A stretch of DNA of 64,000 nt from Coriobacteriia bacterium (GTDB taxonomy: Bacteria; Actinomycetota; Coriobacteriia; Anaerosomatales; PALSA-660). This document shows, one piece after another, positions 18,660-27,784 of this stretch; position 1 is the stretch's first letter, and the number at the start of each line of letters is the position of its first letter. The translations under genes were made by a program, and so were the position numbers. The stretch covers positions 1,762 to 65,761 of the forward strand of contig JANYJF010000026.1 in the NCBI GenBank assembly GCA_025361885.1, written 5' to 3'. A model generated the notes under the pieces. It saw only the letters and a program-made list of their open reading frames with translations, had not been told where the DNA came from and made no database searches.

Positions 18660-19310
18660 TCAGTCCTCCGCCCGGGCGAAGAACTCCGACTCGTCGAAGA
18701 TCTCCTCCTCGCACAGGCCGCCGGTGTCGCAGGTGTAGAATGTGCCGTCCACCAGGACGCGGAGCCCGGGGGCTATCTTCGCCAGACGATCGACATGTTC
18801 GCGCACCTTGACCTGCCCGAAGAGTGTCTTCGTGGTCATGACCACGAGCTCGACGTCGAGCTTCCTGGAGGCATCCAGGAGCTCGGCACCGGGGACGTCC
18901 GCACCGAGCAGGAACACGGTCCAGCCCGCGAGCTCGAACCTGTCCGAGAGCATGCGCAGCCCCAGGTCGTGGTACTCGTGCGGCGGACAGGCGAGAAGGA
19001 CACGGCGGCCCGTCTCTTCGCGTTCGGACTTCTTCGCGAGGACCTTGGGATACAGCGCCTCGACGATCGTGCGCACGGCGGAGGTGGCTAGATGCTCCTC
19101 CCAGATGCGGACCTGACCCGTCTGCCATCCGGTGCCGACACGGACCATGAGAGGCCCGAGCACCTGGGAGTAGAGTTCCCCGATCCCGATCCGGCCGTCT
19201 TCGACGGCGGCCAGCGCCGCGGTGACCACCGCGGGACGGTCGTGATCGGCGAGGCGGGCCTCGAGTTGCGCCAACAGCGATTCGGGAGTGGTGGAGCTCG
19301 CGGTGGACAT
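18660..19310 (-). CDS. Stand-alone cobalamin-binding protein, CarH-like light-sensor module without a DNA-binding domain (216 aa)
   Basis: The helical cap carries an exact W-x9-E-H motif (GWQTGQVRIWEEH). The Rossmann B12 domain carries E-x-H-x-x-G (HEYHDLG). No HTH is present. Its stop is 1 nt from the permease start. Confidence 0.8.
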   Translation of the reverse strand: MSTASSTTPESLLAQLEARLADHDRPAVVTAALAAVEDGRIGIGELYSQVLGPLMVRVGTGWQTGQVRIWEEHLATSAVRTIVEALYPKVLAKKSEREETGRRVLLACPPHEYHDLGLRMLSDRFELAGWTVFLLGADVPGAELLDASRKLDVELVVMTTKTLFGQVKVREHVDRLAKIAPGLRVLVDGTFYTCDTGGLCEEEIFDESEFFARAED

Positions 19311-19417
19311 ACGGAACCTCCGAGTCGTCTCTGTGTTACAGATGTTCCCATTGCCGGTCGCGCGAAGTCACGGCGCTCCGATGGGCATGCTGCGGACAGG
19401 GGCGGTCATCGGAGTTG

Positions 19418-19446
19418 TGGACATACGCGTCCATGGCCGCTAGAAT
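19418..19446 (+). promoter_or_regulatory. Putative sigma-70-type promoter of tRNA-Asp
   Basis: TGGACA, 17 nt, TAGAAT, ending 21 nt upstream of the tRNA 5' end. Confidence 0.45.
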
Positions 19447-19467
19447 CTCGATGCTGTCTTGCAGCAT

Positions 19468-19544
<77 letters not shown>

Positions 19545-19557
19545 CAGAACCTGGATC

Positions 19558-19584
19558 GAGACCGTCCCTTCGCGGGGCGGTCTC
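19558..19584 (+). terminator. Hairpin downstream of tRNA-Asp
   Basis: GAGACCGTCCC-ttcgc-GGGGCGGTCTC (11 bp including one G-U). Confidence 0.5.
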
Positions 19585-19656
19585 GCTGTATGTGAACCGC
19601 CCGCAGCTGTGATCGCCGGACCGCCCGTCCGAGTCCCTTTCGGCTAGAGTGGACCC

Positions 19657-20109
19657 ATGATCACTGTCTTCATAGATGCCGACGCCTGCCCGGTGACGCG
19701 CGAGGCCATCACGACCGCGCGCTCCCACGGAGCGTCGGTCGTGCTGGTCGCGGATTCGGGTCAGAACCTGGCCAAGTACGTGAGACCCGGTGTCGAGGCG
19801 GTCCAGGTCACCACCGGTCGGGACGCGGCCGACTTCGCGATCATCGAGCGCCTCTCGCCAGGCGATGTCGTGGTCACTCAGGACATCGGCGTCGCTGCCA
19901 TGGCGATAGGGCGCGGTGCCGGCGCGGTGTCGCCACGCGGACGGATCTTCTATCTCGCGACCATCGACATCGAGATGGAGGTCCGCCATGCCGAGCAGAA
20001 GCACCGGCGCGCGGGCGGCCGCACGGGCGGTCCCTCCAAGTTCACTGACGAGGACCGCGAGCACTTCATCGAGTCACTCGAGCGGTTGCTGACCTCGCCT
20101 CAGAGGTAG
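19657..20109 (+). CDS. YaiI/YqxD family protein (UPF0178/DUF188, 150 aa)
   Basis: MITVFIDADACPV N-terminus and overall length are typical of the family. Confidence 0.8.
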   Translation: MITVFIDADACPVTREAITTARSHGASVVLVADSGQNLAKYVRPGVEAVQVTTGRDAADFAIIERLSPGDVVVTQDIGVAAMAIGRGAGAVSPRGRIFYLATIDIEMEVRHAEQKHRRAGGRTGGPSKFTDEDREHFIESLERLLTSPQR

Positions 20110-20288
20110 CGACGGTCCGTCGGGATGCTACCGGCGCGGTAGGCCGGGATACGCCCGCCGGAGGATGTGCCTGGACCGCCGGGAGTCCATGATTCGTTGT
20201 GGGGCGACCCGCGCGCCGCGCGCGGCCGCCCCGACGAGCCGAGATCGACGGGCCTCAACGGATGCCCGCTCGCACGAGAGGAGTCAAC

Positions 20289-20726
20289 ATGTTTGGTCGA
20301 GGATTCGCACCGGGTGCCGGTGCTGCCGCTCAGCGCTTCGGTGGCTATGGCAGGATGGGCGGAGGTTTCGCGAGACACGGGTTCCCGCTGGGAGGCGCGA
20401 TCGGGTTCATCTTCGCGCTGGCGGTCATCGCCGTGGTGGTGTTCGCCTTCTGGCAGCTGTTCAAGAAGTCCGGGCACAACGGTGCGCTCAGCCTGCTCAT
20501 GCTCGTCCCGGTGGTCAACCTGGGTGCTCTGTTGTACCTGGCGCTCGCCGAGTGGCCCGCTCTCAAGGAGCTGGCGGCATGGAGGACGTGGTACGCGTCC
20601 ACGCAGACGCCTGCCGCACCCGCCGCGCCGGTGGTCGAGAGCCCCGCGGTGACGACGCCCCTCGAGGCTTCGCAGCCTGTGCAGCCGGACGCATCAGCGG
20701 CCCCCGAGCCGCCCGTGAAAGGCTAG
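20289..20726 (+). CDS. Small membrane protein with a Gly-rich N-terminus and a Pro/Ala-rich tail (145 aa)
   Basis: GAGAGGAG RBS 6 nt upstream of the ATG. Two TM helices (AIGFIFALAVIAVVVFAFW, LSLLMLVPVVNLGALLYLAL). No family recognised. Confidence 0.55.
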   Translation: MFGRGFAPGAGAAAQRFGGYGRMGGGFARHGFPLGGAIGFIFALAVIAVVVFAFWQLFKKSGHNGALSLLMLVPVVNLGALLYLALAEWPALKELAAWRTWYASTQTPAAPAAPVVESPAVTTPLEASQPVQPDASAAPEPPVKG

Positions 20727-20758
20727 AAGTAGACGCGCCGCGACATCGCGGTTGGGTC

Positions 20759-20793
20759 GAAGAAGGGCGACGCCATCGGCGTCGCCCTTCTTC
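20759..20793. terminator. Bidirectional terminator hairpin between convergent genes
   Basis: GAAGAAGGGCGACGCC-atc-GGCGTCGCCCTTCTTC, a 16-bp perfect stem followed by TT. Confidence 0.65.
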
Positions 20794-20820
20794 TTAGGAT
20801 CGCTCGCGGCGTGGGCCTGA

Positions 20821-22011
20821 CTACGGCAGCTGCGCCGTCGGGTGGCAGTTGAGGCACAGGTTGTCGTCCGACTCCACGAGGAGGTTGTCGTTCACCGTCT
20901 CGTGCGGGAAGCTCTGGAACTGCGGCACGTCGGCCGGAGCACGACCGTCAGTGGCGGTGACCGACCATACGGCGGCCTTCGCCGTGGCCCCGGGATCGAC
21001 GAGCACGCCCACCGTCCGGCTGTCCGCGTGGCACTGCTGGCAGATCGGCTTGTGGCCACCCTGCTGGGCCGTGCGCGGCCAGGGCATCAGGAACCCGCGG
21101 TTCGTGCGTCCCATCGTGCCCAGAACGGTCACGCCGGTCGTGGTATCGGCCGTCAGTCTCGCCACGTTCTCGAAGAAGAACGGCGTGGCCGTGGTGGCGG
21201 CGGAGTCGGCCGGGTGGTTGTGGAGCGAGCCGGCCGCGACACGCCCGGCATGACACGCCAGGCACCAGTCCGAACCATAGACCGTGACGGTGGCCGTGGA
21301 GCTGCCCGGGTTCTTGCGCAGCAGCTTGTTGGTCATGCGGAAGTTCGCCGGGCGCGCCGTCACGTAGTCGAAGTCGGTGCGCATGCGGTCGCCGGTGAAC
21401 GCGGCGACGGTCTGCGAGTCGTGCGGAGAATGGCAGTCGTCGCAGCCCAGCATGCCGCCGGCACCTCTGAACGACATGGTCGAGCTGCCGCCCGTGGCGG
21501 CGCTGCCGCCGGGGACGGCATTGGTGACGTCGATGTGGTGCGCCGAGGTGGCGACCTTGCCTCGTGCGGCGATGGCGCCGTAGACACCGCGGCCGCCGGT
21601 GCCGTCATGGCACGTGGAGCACGTGGAGGTGATGGTGGCGGTGGGGAGCAGCTTGGTGCCGGCTGCCGCATGCAGGGTATGGCATGTGCCGCAGCGGTCG
21701 CTTCCAGCGGTGTACACGCCGTGCGGACCCTTGCCGCCAACGATTGAGGGGGTGCCGATTAAGAGGTCCCCATGGCACACGCCGCAATCCTGGTCAGCCC
21801 CGACGACGGCAGGGGTGTGGCAGCTGCTGCATGGCTGGCCCGTGATGGTGAAGCCGTGGTTGGTGCTGCTCCCGATCTTCTCCGGCTGGCTGTGCGGCTC
21901 GTCCCACGCGAAAGCGACTGCTGCTGTCGCAAGCAGCAGCAGCGCCGAAACGGCGACTACGAGCAAGACGTGAAAACGAATCCCACTGCGCAAGTGATCC
22001 CCCGATCCCAT
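20821..22011 (-). CDS. Octaheme c-type cytochrome, membrane-anchored or secreted (396 aa)
   Basis: Eight CxxCH motifs: CSSCH, CGVCH, CGTCH, CSTCH, CDDCH, CLACH, CQQCH, CLNCH. N-terminal hydrophobic anchor or signal HVLLVVAVSALLLLATAAVAFA. Confidence 0.85.
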   Translation of the reverse strand: MGSGDHLRSGIRFHVLLVVAVSALLLLATAAVAFAWDEPHSQPEKIGSSTNHGFTITGQPCSSCHTPAVVGADQDCGVCHGDLLIGTPSIVGGKGPHGVYTAGSDRCGTCHTLHAAAGTKLLPTATITSTCSTCHDGTGGRGVYGAIAARGKVATSAHHIDVTNAVPGGSAATGGSSTMSFRGAGGMLGCDDCHSPHDSQTVAAFTGDRMRTDFDYVTARPANFRMTNKLLRKNPGSSTATVTVYGSDWCLACHAGRVAAGSLHNHPADSAATTATPFFFENVARLTADTTTGVTVLGTMGRTNRGFLMPWPRTAQQGGHKPICQQCHADSRTVGVLVDPGATAKAAVWSVTATDGRAPADVPQFQSFPHETVNDNLLVESDDNLCLNCHPTAQLP

Positions 22012-22026
22012 GACACCCGTCAGTGC

Positions 22027-22052
22027 CTCTTGGTGCGATAAGTGTACAAGAG
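22027..22052. promoter_or_regulatory. Inverted repeat in the divergent cytochrome / XRE-cupin intergenic region (candidate operator)
   Basis: CTCTTG-n14-CAAGAG with a nested TGCG...CGCA, sitting in a locally lower-GC patch. Confidence 0.25.
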
Positions 22053-22196
22053 CGCATTCCCACCGGCATAGCCCATCGTCTGGATACCGCAGATGGTCCC
22101 GTCGTTCGCACCGCTCACACCGGCCCGCTTTTCGGTGTAACCTTCCCGTACGCGCGTTGCCCCGTCGAGGGGGCTGGCGGAAAGGGGTGTTCGGGC

Positions 22197-22772
22197 ATGG
22201 GCGAACAGGGTCGTATCGGCAAGAAGGTCACTACGCTCAGGGAATCCCTGGGCCTGTCCGTGGAGGAGCTCGCGGAGCGCAGCGGCTGCGAAGTCCGGCT
22301 CATCATGGGGATCGAGGACGGCGCACTCGTGCCCTCGCTGGCCCCGCTCATCAAGATCACACGGGCGCTCGGCGTGCGCCTCGGCACCCTGCTCGACGAC
22401 GACACCGGCGTCGGACCCATCGTGACGCGGAGCGGGGCCGCTGAATCGGTCGCGCGGCTGCGCGACCTCGAGACCGGCACCACGAGCGGCGGGACGCTCG
22501 AGTTCTTCTCGCTCGCGTCGGGCAAGACGACCCGGCACATGGAGCCGTTCCTCATCGATGTCAATCCCGCCGAGGAGCACAACCTTTCCTCGCACGAGGG
22601 CGAGGAACTTATCTTCGTCCTCAGCGGCGTGATCGAGGTCGAGTACGGCCGTGACCTGCTCGTTCTTGGACCCGGCGACTCCGTCTACTACGACTCCGTC
22701 GTCCCCCATCAGGTCAGGGCCGGTTCGGACAGCACCGCCAAGATCCTCGCCGTCGTCTACGCTCCCTCCTAG
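22197..22772 (+). CDS. XRE-family HTH transcriptional regulator with a C-terminal cupin domain (191 aa)
   Basis: HTH_3 region [36 protein letters not shown]. The cupin core is [18 protein letters not shown]...[14 protein letters not shown]. Confidence 0.85.
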   Translation: MGEQGRIGKKVTTLRESLGLSVEELAERSGCEVRLIMGIEDGALVPSLAPLIKITRALGVRLGTLLDDDTGVGPIVTRSGAAESVARLRDLETGTTSGGTLEFFSLASGKTTRHMEPFLIDVNPAEEHNLSSHEGEELIFVLSGVIEVEYGRDLLVLGPGDSVYYDSVVPHQVRAGSDSTAKILAVVYAPS

Positions 22773-22782
22773 GGGGCGGGAC

Positions 22783-24480
22783 GTGACGCTGCACACCGAC
22801 CTCGCCATCGGGCAGTACTTCGAGCGGCAGGTGGCCGCCAGCCCGGACCACGACTTCGTCGTGTACCCGGACCGCGACCTGCGCTGGACGTACGCTCAGT
22901 TCGACGAGCGCGTCGACCGGCTCGCGAAGGGCCTCCTCGCCATCGGCATCGGGCGCGGGGACCACGTCGGCATATGGGCGCGCAACGTGCCCGACTGGAT
23001 CACGTTCATGTTCGCGACCGCTAAGATCGGCGCCGTGCTCGTCACCGTCAATCCGGTATACAAGGCGCACGAGCTCGCCTATGTGATCAAACAGTCCGAC
23101 ATGAAGGCGCTCGTGATCATCGACGCCTTCCGGGACGTGGACTACGTTCGGATCATCCGCGAACTGGTGCCTCAGGCGTCCACGCAACAGCGCGGGCACC
23201 TGACGAGCGACGAGTTCCCGATGCTCAAGAGTCTCATCTACATGGGCCCGGAGAAGCATCGCGGCTTCTTCAACGTCCCGGAGCTGCTCATCCTGGGTGA
23301 GCACAGCCCGGATTCGACCCTTCGCGCGATCACCGCCGATCTCCACCCCGACGACATAATCAACATGCAGTACACGTCGGGGACCACCGGCTTTCCCAAG
23401 GGTGTCATGCTCACGAGCCGCAACATCCTCAACAACGGGTTCTTCATCGGCGAGGGCCAGAAGTTCACGGGCGAGGACCGAGTGTGCCTGCCGGTGCCGC
23501 TGTTCCACTGCTTCGGATGCGTTCTCGGAGTGCTCGCCGTGCTCACGCACGGGGCGACCATGGTCATGGTGGAGAGCTTCGACCCTCTGCTGGTGCTCGC
23601 GGCGATCCAGAAGGAGCGCGCGACAGCCGTCTACGGAGTGCCGACGATGTTCATAGCTGAGCTCGCGCATCCCATGTTCGACATGTTCGACCTCACGAGC
23701 TTGCGGACCGGCATCATGGCGGGCTCACCGTGCCCGGTCGAGACGATGCGACAGGTCATCGACCGCATGCATGCGAGCGAGATGACCATCTGCTACGGGC
23801 TCACGGAGGCGTCGCCCGTGTTCACCCAGACGAACACCGACGACACACTCGAGCGCAAGTGCGAGACGGTGGGTCGCAAGCATCCCGAGGTCGAGGTCCG
23901 AGTCGTGGACCCCGAGATGGGCGAGGACTCGGCGCTGGGCGTGCCGGGTGAGCTGCTGTGCCGCGGCTACAACGTCATGAAGGGCTACTACAAGATGCCC
24001 GAGGCCACCCACAAGGCGATAGACGCCGACGGCTGGCTGCACTCCGGGGACCTCGGCACGGTCGACGAGGACGGCTACTATCGCATCACGGGCCGGATCA
24101 AGGACATGATCATCCGAGGTGGCGAGAACATCTACCCGCGCGAGATCGAGGAGTTCCTCTACACCATGCCCGGCATCGAGGACGCGCAGGTCGTGGGCGT
24201 GCCCGACGCGAAGTATGGCGAAGTGGTCGGCGCCTTCGTCCGCAAGTCGGCGGGCGCGGACATCACCGAGTCGGACGTGCAGGAATACGCCAGGGCGCGC
24301 ATGGCGCGCTACAAGGCACCCAAATACGTGTTCTTCGTCGGCGAGTTCCCGATGACGGCCTCCGGCAAGATCCAGAAATACAGGCTGAGGGACATGGCCA
24401 AGGAGATGCTCGGGATCGACCTGGAAGTTTTCCCGGGGGAAGCCGACGGGACCGGCGACAGCGAGGCGGCAGCCCAATGA
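22783..24480 (+). CDS. AMP-forming acyl-CoA synthetase/ligase (565 aa)
   Basis: AMP-binding motif [12 protein letters not shown]. Also has GYGLTE-like CYGLTEA, HSGDLG and the C-terminal [12 protein letters not shown] start at 22783 follows AGGGGG. Confidence 0.9.
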   Translation: MTLHTDLAIGQYFERQVAASPDHDFVVYPDRDLRWTYAQFDERVDRLAKGLLAIGIGRGDHVGIWARNVPDWITFMFATAKIGAVLVTVNPVYKAHELAYVIKQSDMKALVIIDAFRDVDYVRIIRELVPQASTQQRGHLTSDEFPMLKSLIYMGPEKHRGFFNVPELLILGEHSPDSTLRAITADLHPDDIINMQYTSGTTGFPKGVMLTSRNILNNGFFIGEGQKFTGEDRVCLPVPLFHCFGCVLGVLAVLTHGATMVMVESFDPLLVLAAIQKERATAVYGVPTMFIAELAHPMFDMFDLTSLRTGIMAGSPCPVETMRQVIDRMHASEMTICYGLTEASPVFTQTNTDDTLERKCETVGRKHPEVEVRVVDPEMGEDSALGVPGELLCRGYNVMKGYYKMPEATHKAIDADGWLHSGDLGTVDEDGYYRITGRIKDMIIRGGENIYPREIEEFLYTMPGIEDAQVVGVPDAKYGEVVGAFVRKSAGADITESDVQEYARARMARYKAPKYVFFVGEFPMTASGKIQKYRLRDMAKEMLGIDLEVFPGEADGTGDSEAAAQ

Positions 24481-25082
24481 CGACGGGAACGTCAGACGAC
24501 GTGCATGAGATCCGCTGGCACGGCCGGGGCGGCCAAGGCGCCGTCACGGCCGCGAAGATCCTGGCCGACGCAGCGTTCCACTCGGGATTCGCGGGCGTGA
24601 CATCGCAGCCGTCGTTCGGGGCCGAGCGACGGGGCGCGCCGATCACCGCGTCCTCGCGACTCGCGCATGAGCCGATCCGCGTGCTGTCGCAGGTCACGGA
24701 GCCGGACATCGTCGTGGTCCTCGACGACTCGCTCGTGGAGGTCGCGCACACCGCGGCCGGAATGAAGCCGGGCGGGACTCTCATCGTGAACACCACCAAG
24801 GACGCGGCGCAGCTTGTAGCTGCGGGCGGCATCGGCGGCGCAGTCCGAGTCGTGACCTCCGACGTCACCGGGGCCGCGGAGGCGGTCGGGCTGATCGTCG
24901 GCGGCCAGCCGATGGTCTCGACCGCCATCCTCGGGGCCTTCGCACGAGCCACGGGGCTCATCACCATGGACGCCGTTGAAGCGGCCATCGGCCACGTCTT
25001 CACCGGGACCGCAGGCGCCAAGAACGTCGAGGCCGCGAGGATCGCGTTCGAGTGCACGACGGCTGGAGGAGCGCACCAGTGA
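24477..25082 (+). CDS. 2-oxoacid:ferredoxin oxidoreductase, gamma subunit (201 aa)
   Basis: [19 protein letters not shown] motif. ATGA start/stop overlap with the ligase gene. Confidence 0.85.
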   Translation: MTTGTSDDVHEIRWHGRGGQGAVTAAKILADAAFHSGFAGVTSQPSFGAERRGAPITASSRLAHEPIRVLSQVTEPDIVVVLDDSLVEVAHTAAGMKPGGTLIVNTTKDAAQLVAAGGIGGAVRVVTSDVTGAAEAVGLIVGGQPMVSTAILGAFARATGLITMDAVEAAIGHVFTGTAGAKNVEAARIAFECTTAGGAHQ

Positions 25083-25414
25083 GCACCACGAAGAACGGTC
25101 AGGAGATCTCGATGTCGCGCCCGTCGGTGGGCGAGGCCGGTCGCACGGGCGACTGGCGCAACGACCGCCCCGTGATGGACGCGACGAAGTGCTTGGCGGT
25201 CAAGCAGGGTCGCCTGACCTGCCAGATCTGCTGGGTCTACTGCCCGGACGGATGCATCGCCCAGGGCATCGGCCCCGTCATCGACCTCGCGTACTGCAAG
25301 GGCTGCGGCATCTGCGCGCAGGAGTGTCCGGCGGGCGCCATCTCGATGGAACCCGAAGCGGATCACGGCACATGCGCGATCGACGCCGCCACAGCCGAGG
25401 AGGCCGGACGATGA
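25079..25414 (+). CDS. 2-oxoacid:ferredoxin oxidoreductase, delta subunit (2x[4Fe-4S] ferredoxin, 111 aa)
   Basis: Two Cys clusters: CLAV..CQICWVYCPDGC and CKGCGICAQECP. GTGA overlap with the gamma subunit gene. Confidence 0.8.
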   Translation: MSTTKNGQEISMSRPSVGEAGRTGDWRNDRPVMDATKCLAVKQGRLTCQICWVYCPDGCIAQGIGPVIDLAYCKGCGICAQECPAGAISMEPEADHGTCAIDAATAEEAGR

Positions 25415-26664
25415 GCGCCCCCGAGTCCGCGTGCGCCGCGGCGCTCGCCACCGCATCCATGGAGGTCATGACCGGCAACGACGCCGCGGCCACCGCCGCG
25501 AAGCTCGCGCGCGTGCAGGTCATCGCGGCCTACCCGATCACCCCGCAGTCCCCGGTGGTCGAGCAGCTGTCCGCCTGGGTCGAGTCCGGCGAACTTCCCG
25601 CCGAGTTCGTCACGGTCGAGAGCGAGCATTCTGCGCTGACCGTGTGTATCGCGGCGTCGACGGTCGGCGCGCGCACGTTCACGGCTACAAGCGCGAACGG
25701 TCTCGCGTACATGACCGAGCAGGTCTGGTGGGCCGCGGGTGCCCGGCTGCCGATCGTCATGTGCATCGCCAATCGCGCGATGGCGGCCCCTTGGAACGTG
25801 CTGAACGACCAGCAGGACTCCATGTCGGTTCGCGATGCGGGCTGGGTGCAGCTGTACTGCCGCGACAACCAGGAGATCCTCGACACGACGCTGCAGGCGT
25901 ACCGCATCGCGGAGCGTCTGCACGTGCCCGTGATGGTGTGCTACGACGGCTTCCTGCTCTCCCACACCATGATGCCGGTCTCGGTCCCCGACGCCGCCGT
26001 GATCGACGCGTGGCTTCCCAAGTACGACCATCCGTTGACCGTGGTCGATCCCGCGGACCCGCGCAACATCGGGCCGGTCGTGATCGCCGATCCGCGCGCG
26101 GACGCTTCGGGCGAAGGGCACGGCGGCTACATGGAGATCCGCGCGCAGCTGCATGGTGCGCTGCTCGAGGTGCTCGACGTCATCCCGAAGGTCGACTCGG
26201 AGTACGGCGCCGCGGTCGGTCGGCAGTGGGGCGGGCTGCTTTGGGAGCACATGCTCGATGACGCCGAGGTCGTCCTCGTGGCCGCGGGGTCGCTCGGCAC
26301 GCAGCTGACCGTGGCCGCCGAGAAGCTTCGCGAAGAGGGCGTGAAGGCCGGCGTCCTCGGCATCCGGGCCTACCGTCCGTTCCCGGTCGCCGCCCTTCGC
26401 GGCAAGCTCGCAGGGCGCAAGCTCGCGCTCGTCTACGACAAGGCGCTCGCCTACGGCTACGAGGGTCCCATCTGCTCCGACCTTCGCGGCTGTCTGCTCG
26501 GCACCCCGGATGCGCCGGCGGTCTTCGGCGCCGTGTGCGGCCTCGGCGGCCGCGACGTGCCCGTCGACCAGTTGGCGGGGGCCGCGCGTCGCGCGCTGGC
26601 CGACGCTGAGGCGGGCCTGCGCGTGCGCGAGACCGACTGGATCAACCTCCACCTCGAGGGGTGA
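25411..26664 (+). CDS. 2-oxoacid:ferredoxin oxidoreductase, alpha subunit (417 aa)
   Basis: GNDAAATAAKLARVQVIAAYPITPQS N-terminus, typical of Por/Vor alpha. ATGA overlap with the delta subunit gene. Confidence 0.9.
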   Translation: MSAPESACAAALATASMEVMTGNDAAATAAKLARVQVIAAYPITPQSPVVEQLSAWVESGELPAEFVTVESEHSALTVCIAASTVGARTFTATSANGLAYMTEQVWWAAGARLPIVMCIANRAMAAPWNVLNDQQDSMSVRDAGWVQLYCRDNQEILDTTLQAYRIAERLHVPVMVCYDGFLLSHTMMPVSVPDAAVIDAWLPKYDHPLTVVDPADPRNIGPVVIADPRADASGEGHGGYMEIRAQLHGALLEVLDVIPKVDSEYGAAVGRQWGGLLWEHMLDDAEVVLVAAGSLGTQLTVAAEKLREEGVKAGVLGIRAYRPFPVAALRGKLAGRKLALVYDKALAYGYEGPICSDLRGCLLGTPDAPAVFGAVCGLGGRDVPVDQLAGAARRALADAEAGLRVRETDWINLHLEG

Positions 26665-26671
26665 GCTGAAG

Positions 26672-27604
26672 ATGCCGACGAAGATCCTCGACCTCCCCGA
26701 CACCTCGTACGTCCTGCCGGGCAATCGCGCCTGTGCCGGCTGCGGGATCGGCATCGCCCTTCGCCAGATCACCGCGGCGCTCGACGGGAAGATGGTGATG
26801 ACTGTCCCCGCGAGCTGCCTGACGGTGCTCGGCGGCATGTACCCGATCGCCTCGGTGAGCGTGCCGTGGCTCAACGTCGCGTTCCCGTCCACCGCCGCGG
26901 CGGCATCGGGCCTCGCGGCCGGACTTCGCGCGACCGGCCGCGAGGGGGAGATGACCGTCCTCGCCATGGCGGGCGATGGCGGCACGGGCGACATCGGCAT
27001 CCAGGCGCTCTCCGGCGCCGCCGAACGTAACGATGACTTCATCTACCTGTGCTACGACAACGAGGCGTACATGAACACCGGCACGCAGCGCTCCGGGTCG
27101 ACCCCCGCGGGTGCGCGCACCACGACCACGTGGGCCGGTAAGCGCGAGAACCCCAAGGACCTTCCGCGCATCATGGAGGCCCACGGCATCCCATACGTGG
27201 CGTCCACCTCCGCGGCATTCCCGACCGACGTGTACGACAAGGTCGCGAAGGCGCGCGACATCCACGGCCTTCGCTACATCCACATGAACACGCCGTGCCC
27301 GAGCGGCTGGTCGTTCGACCCGAAGGACACCGTGGCCATCGGCAAGCTCGCGGTCGACAGCGGCCTCGTCGTGCTCTATGAGGTCGTCGACGGCGTCTTC
27401 CGCCTCACGAGCCGCAGCGCGTCGCTCGCGAAGGCCGGCGGCAGGCTCAAGCCGGTCGCCGGCTACGTCGCCACACAGGGGCGCTTCCGAGGTATGTCCG
27501 ACGAAGCGATCGCGTCCGTGCAGGCGTGGGTCGACACGCGATGGGCGGGCTACCTGGCCAGGGACGCGGCCGAGCACTGCTCAAGTCAGACGACCGCAAG
27601 CTGA
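26672..27604 (+). CDS. 2-oxoacid:ferredoxin oxidoreductase, beta subunit (TPP-binding, 310 aa)
   Basis: CAGCG Fe-S ligands, the TPP motif MAGDGGTGDIG...YDNEAYMNTG. Confidence 0.9.
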   Translation: MPTKILDLPDTSYVLPGNRACAGCGIGIALRQITAALDGKMVMTVPASCLTVLGGMYPIASVSVPWLNVAFPSTAAAASGLAAGLRATGREGEMTVLAMAGDGGTGDIGIQALSGAAERNDDFIYLCYDNEAYMNTGTQRSGSTPAGARTTTTWAGKRENPKDLPRIMEAHGIPYVASTSAAFPTDVYDKVAKARDIHGLRYIHMNTPCPSGWSFDPKDTVAIGKLAVDSGLVVLYEVVDGVFRLTSRSASLAKAGGRLKPVAGYVATQGRFRGMSDEAIASVQAWVDTRWAGYLARDAAEHCSSQTTAS

Positions 27605-27619
27605 GCATGACGAAGAAGG

Positions 27620-27641
27620 GCGGCCTGACGCAGGCCGCTTT
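27620..27641 (+). terminator. Intrinsic terminator after the OFOR operon
   Basis: GCGGCCTG-acg-CAGGCCGC followed by TTTG. Confidence 0.6.
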
Positions 27642-27784
27642 GTCGACGAGGTGTTCCGCGTCTGGGCGGCAGCTCATCCCTCGACACGCGTCCTGCCGGT
27701 CAACATGGCGCCGGCAGTGGACTTCATGGTCACCCGCGGTCTGGGACCCGCGTAGGCCCGAGCCCGAGCGCGAGACGGGGTCGC

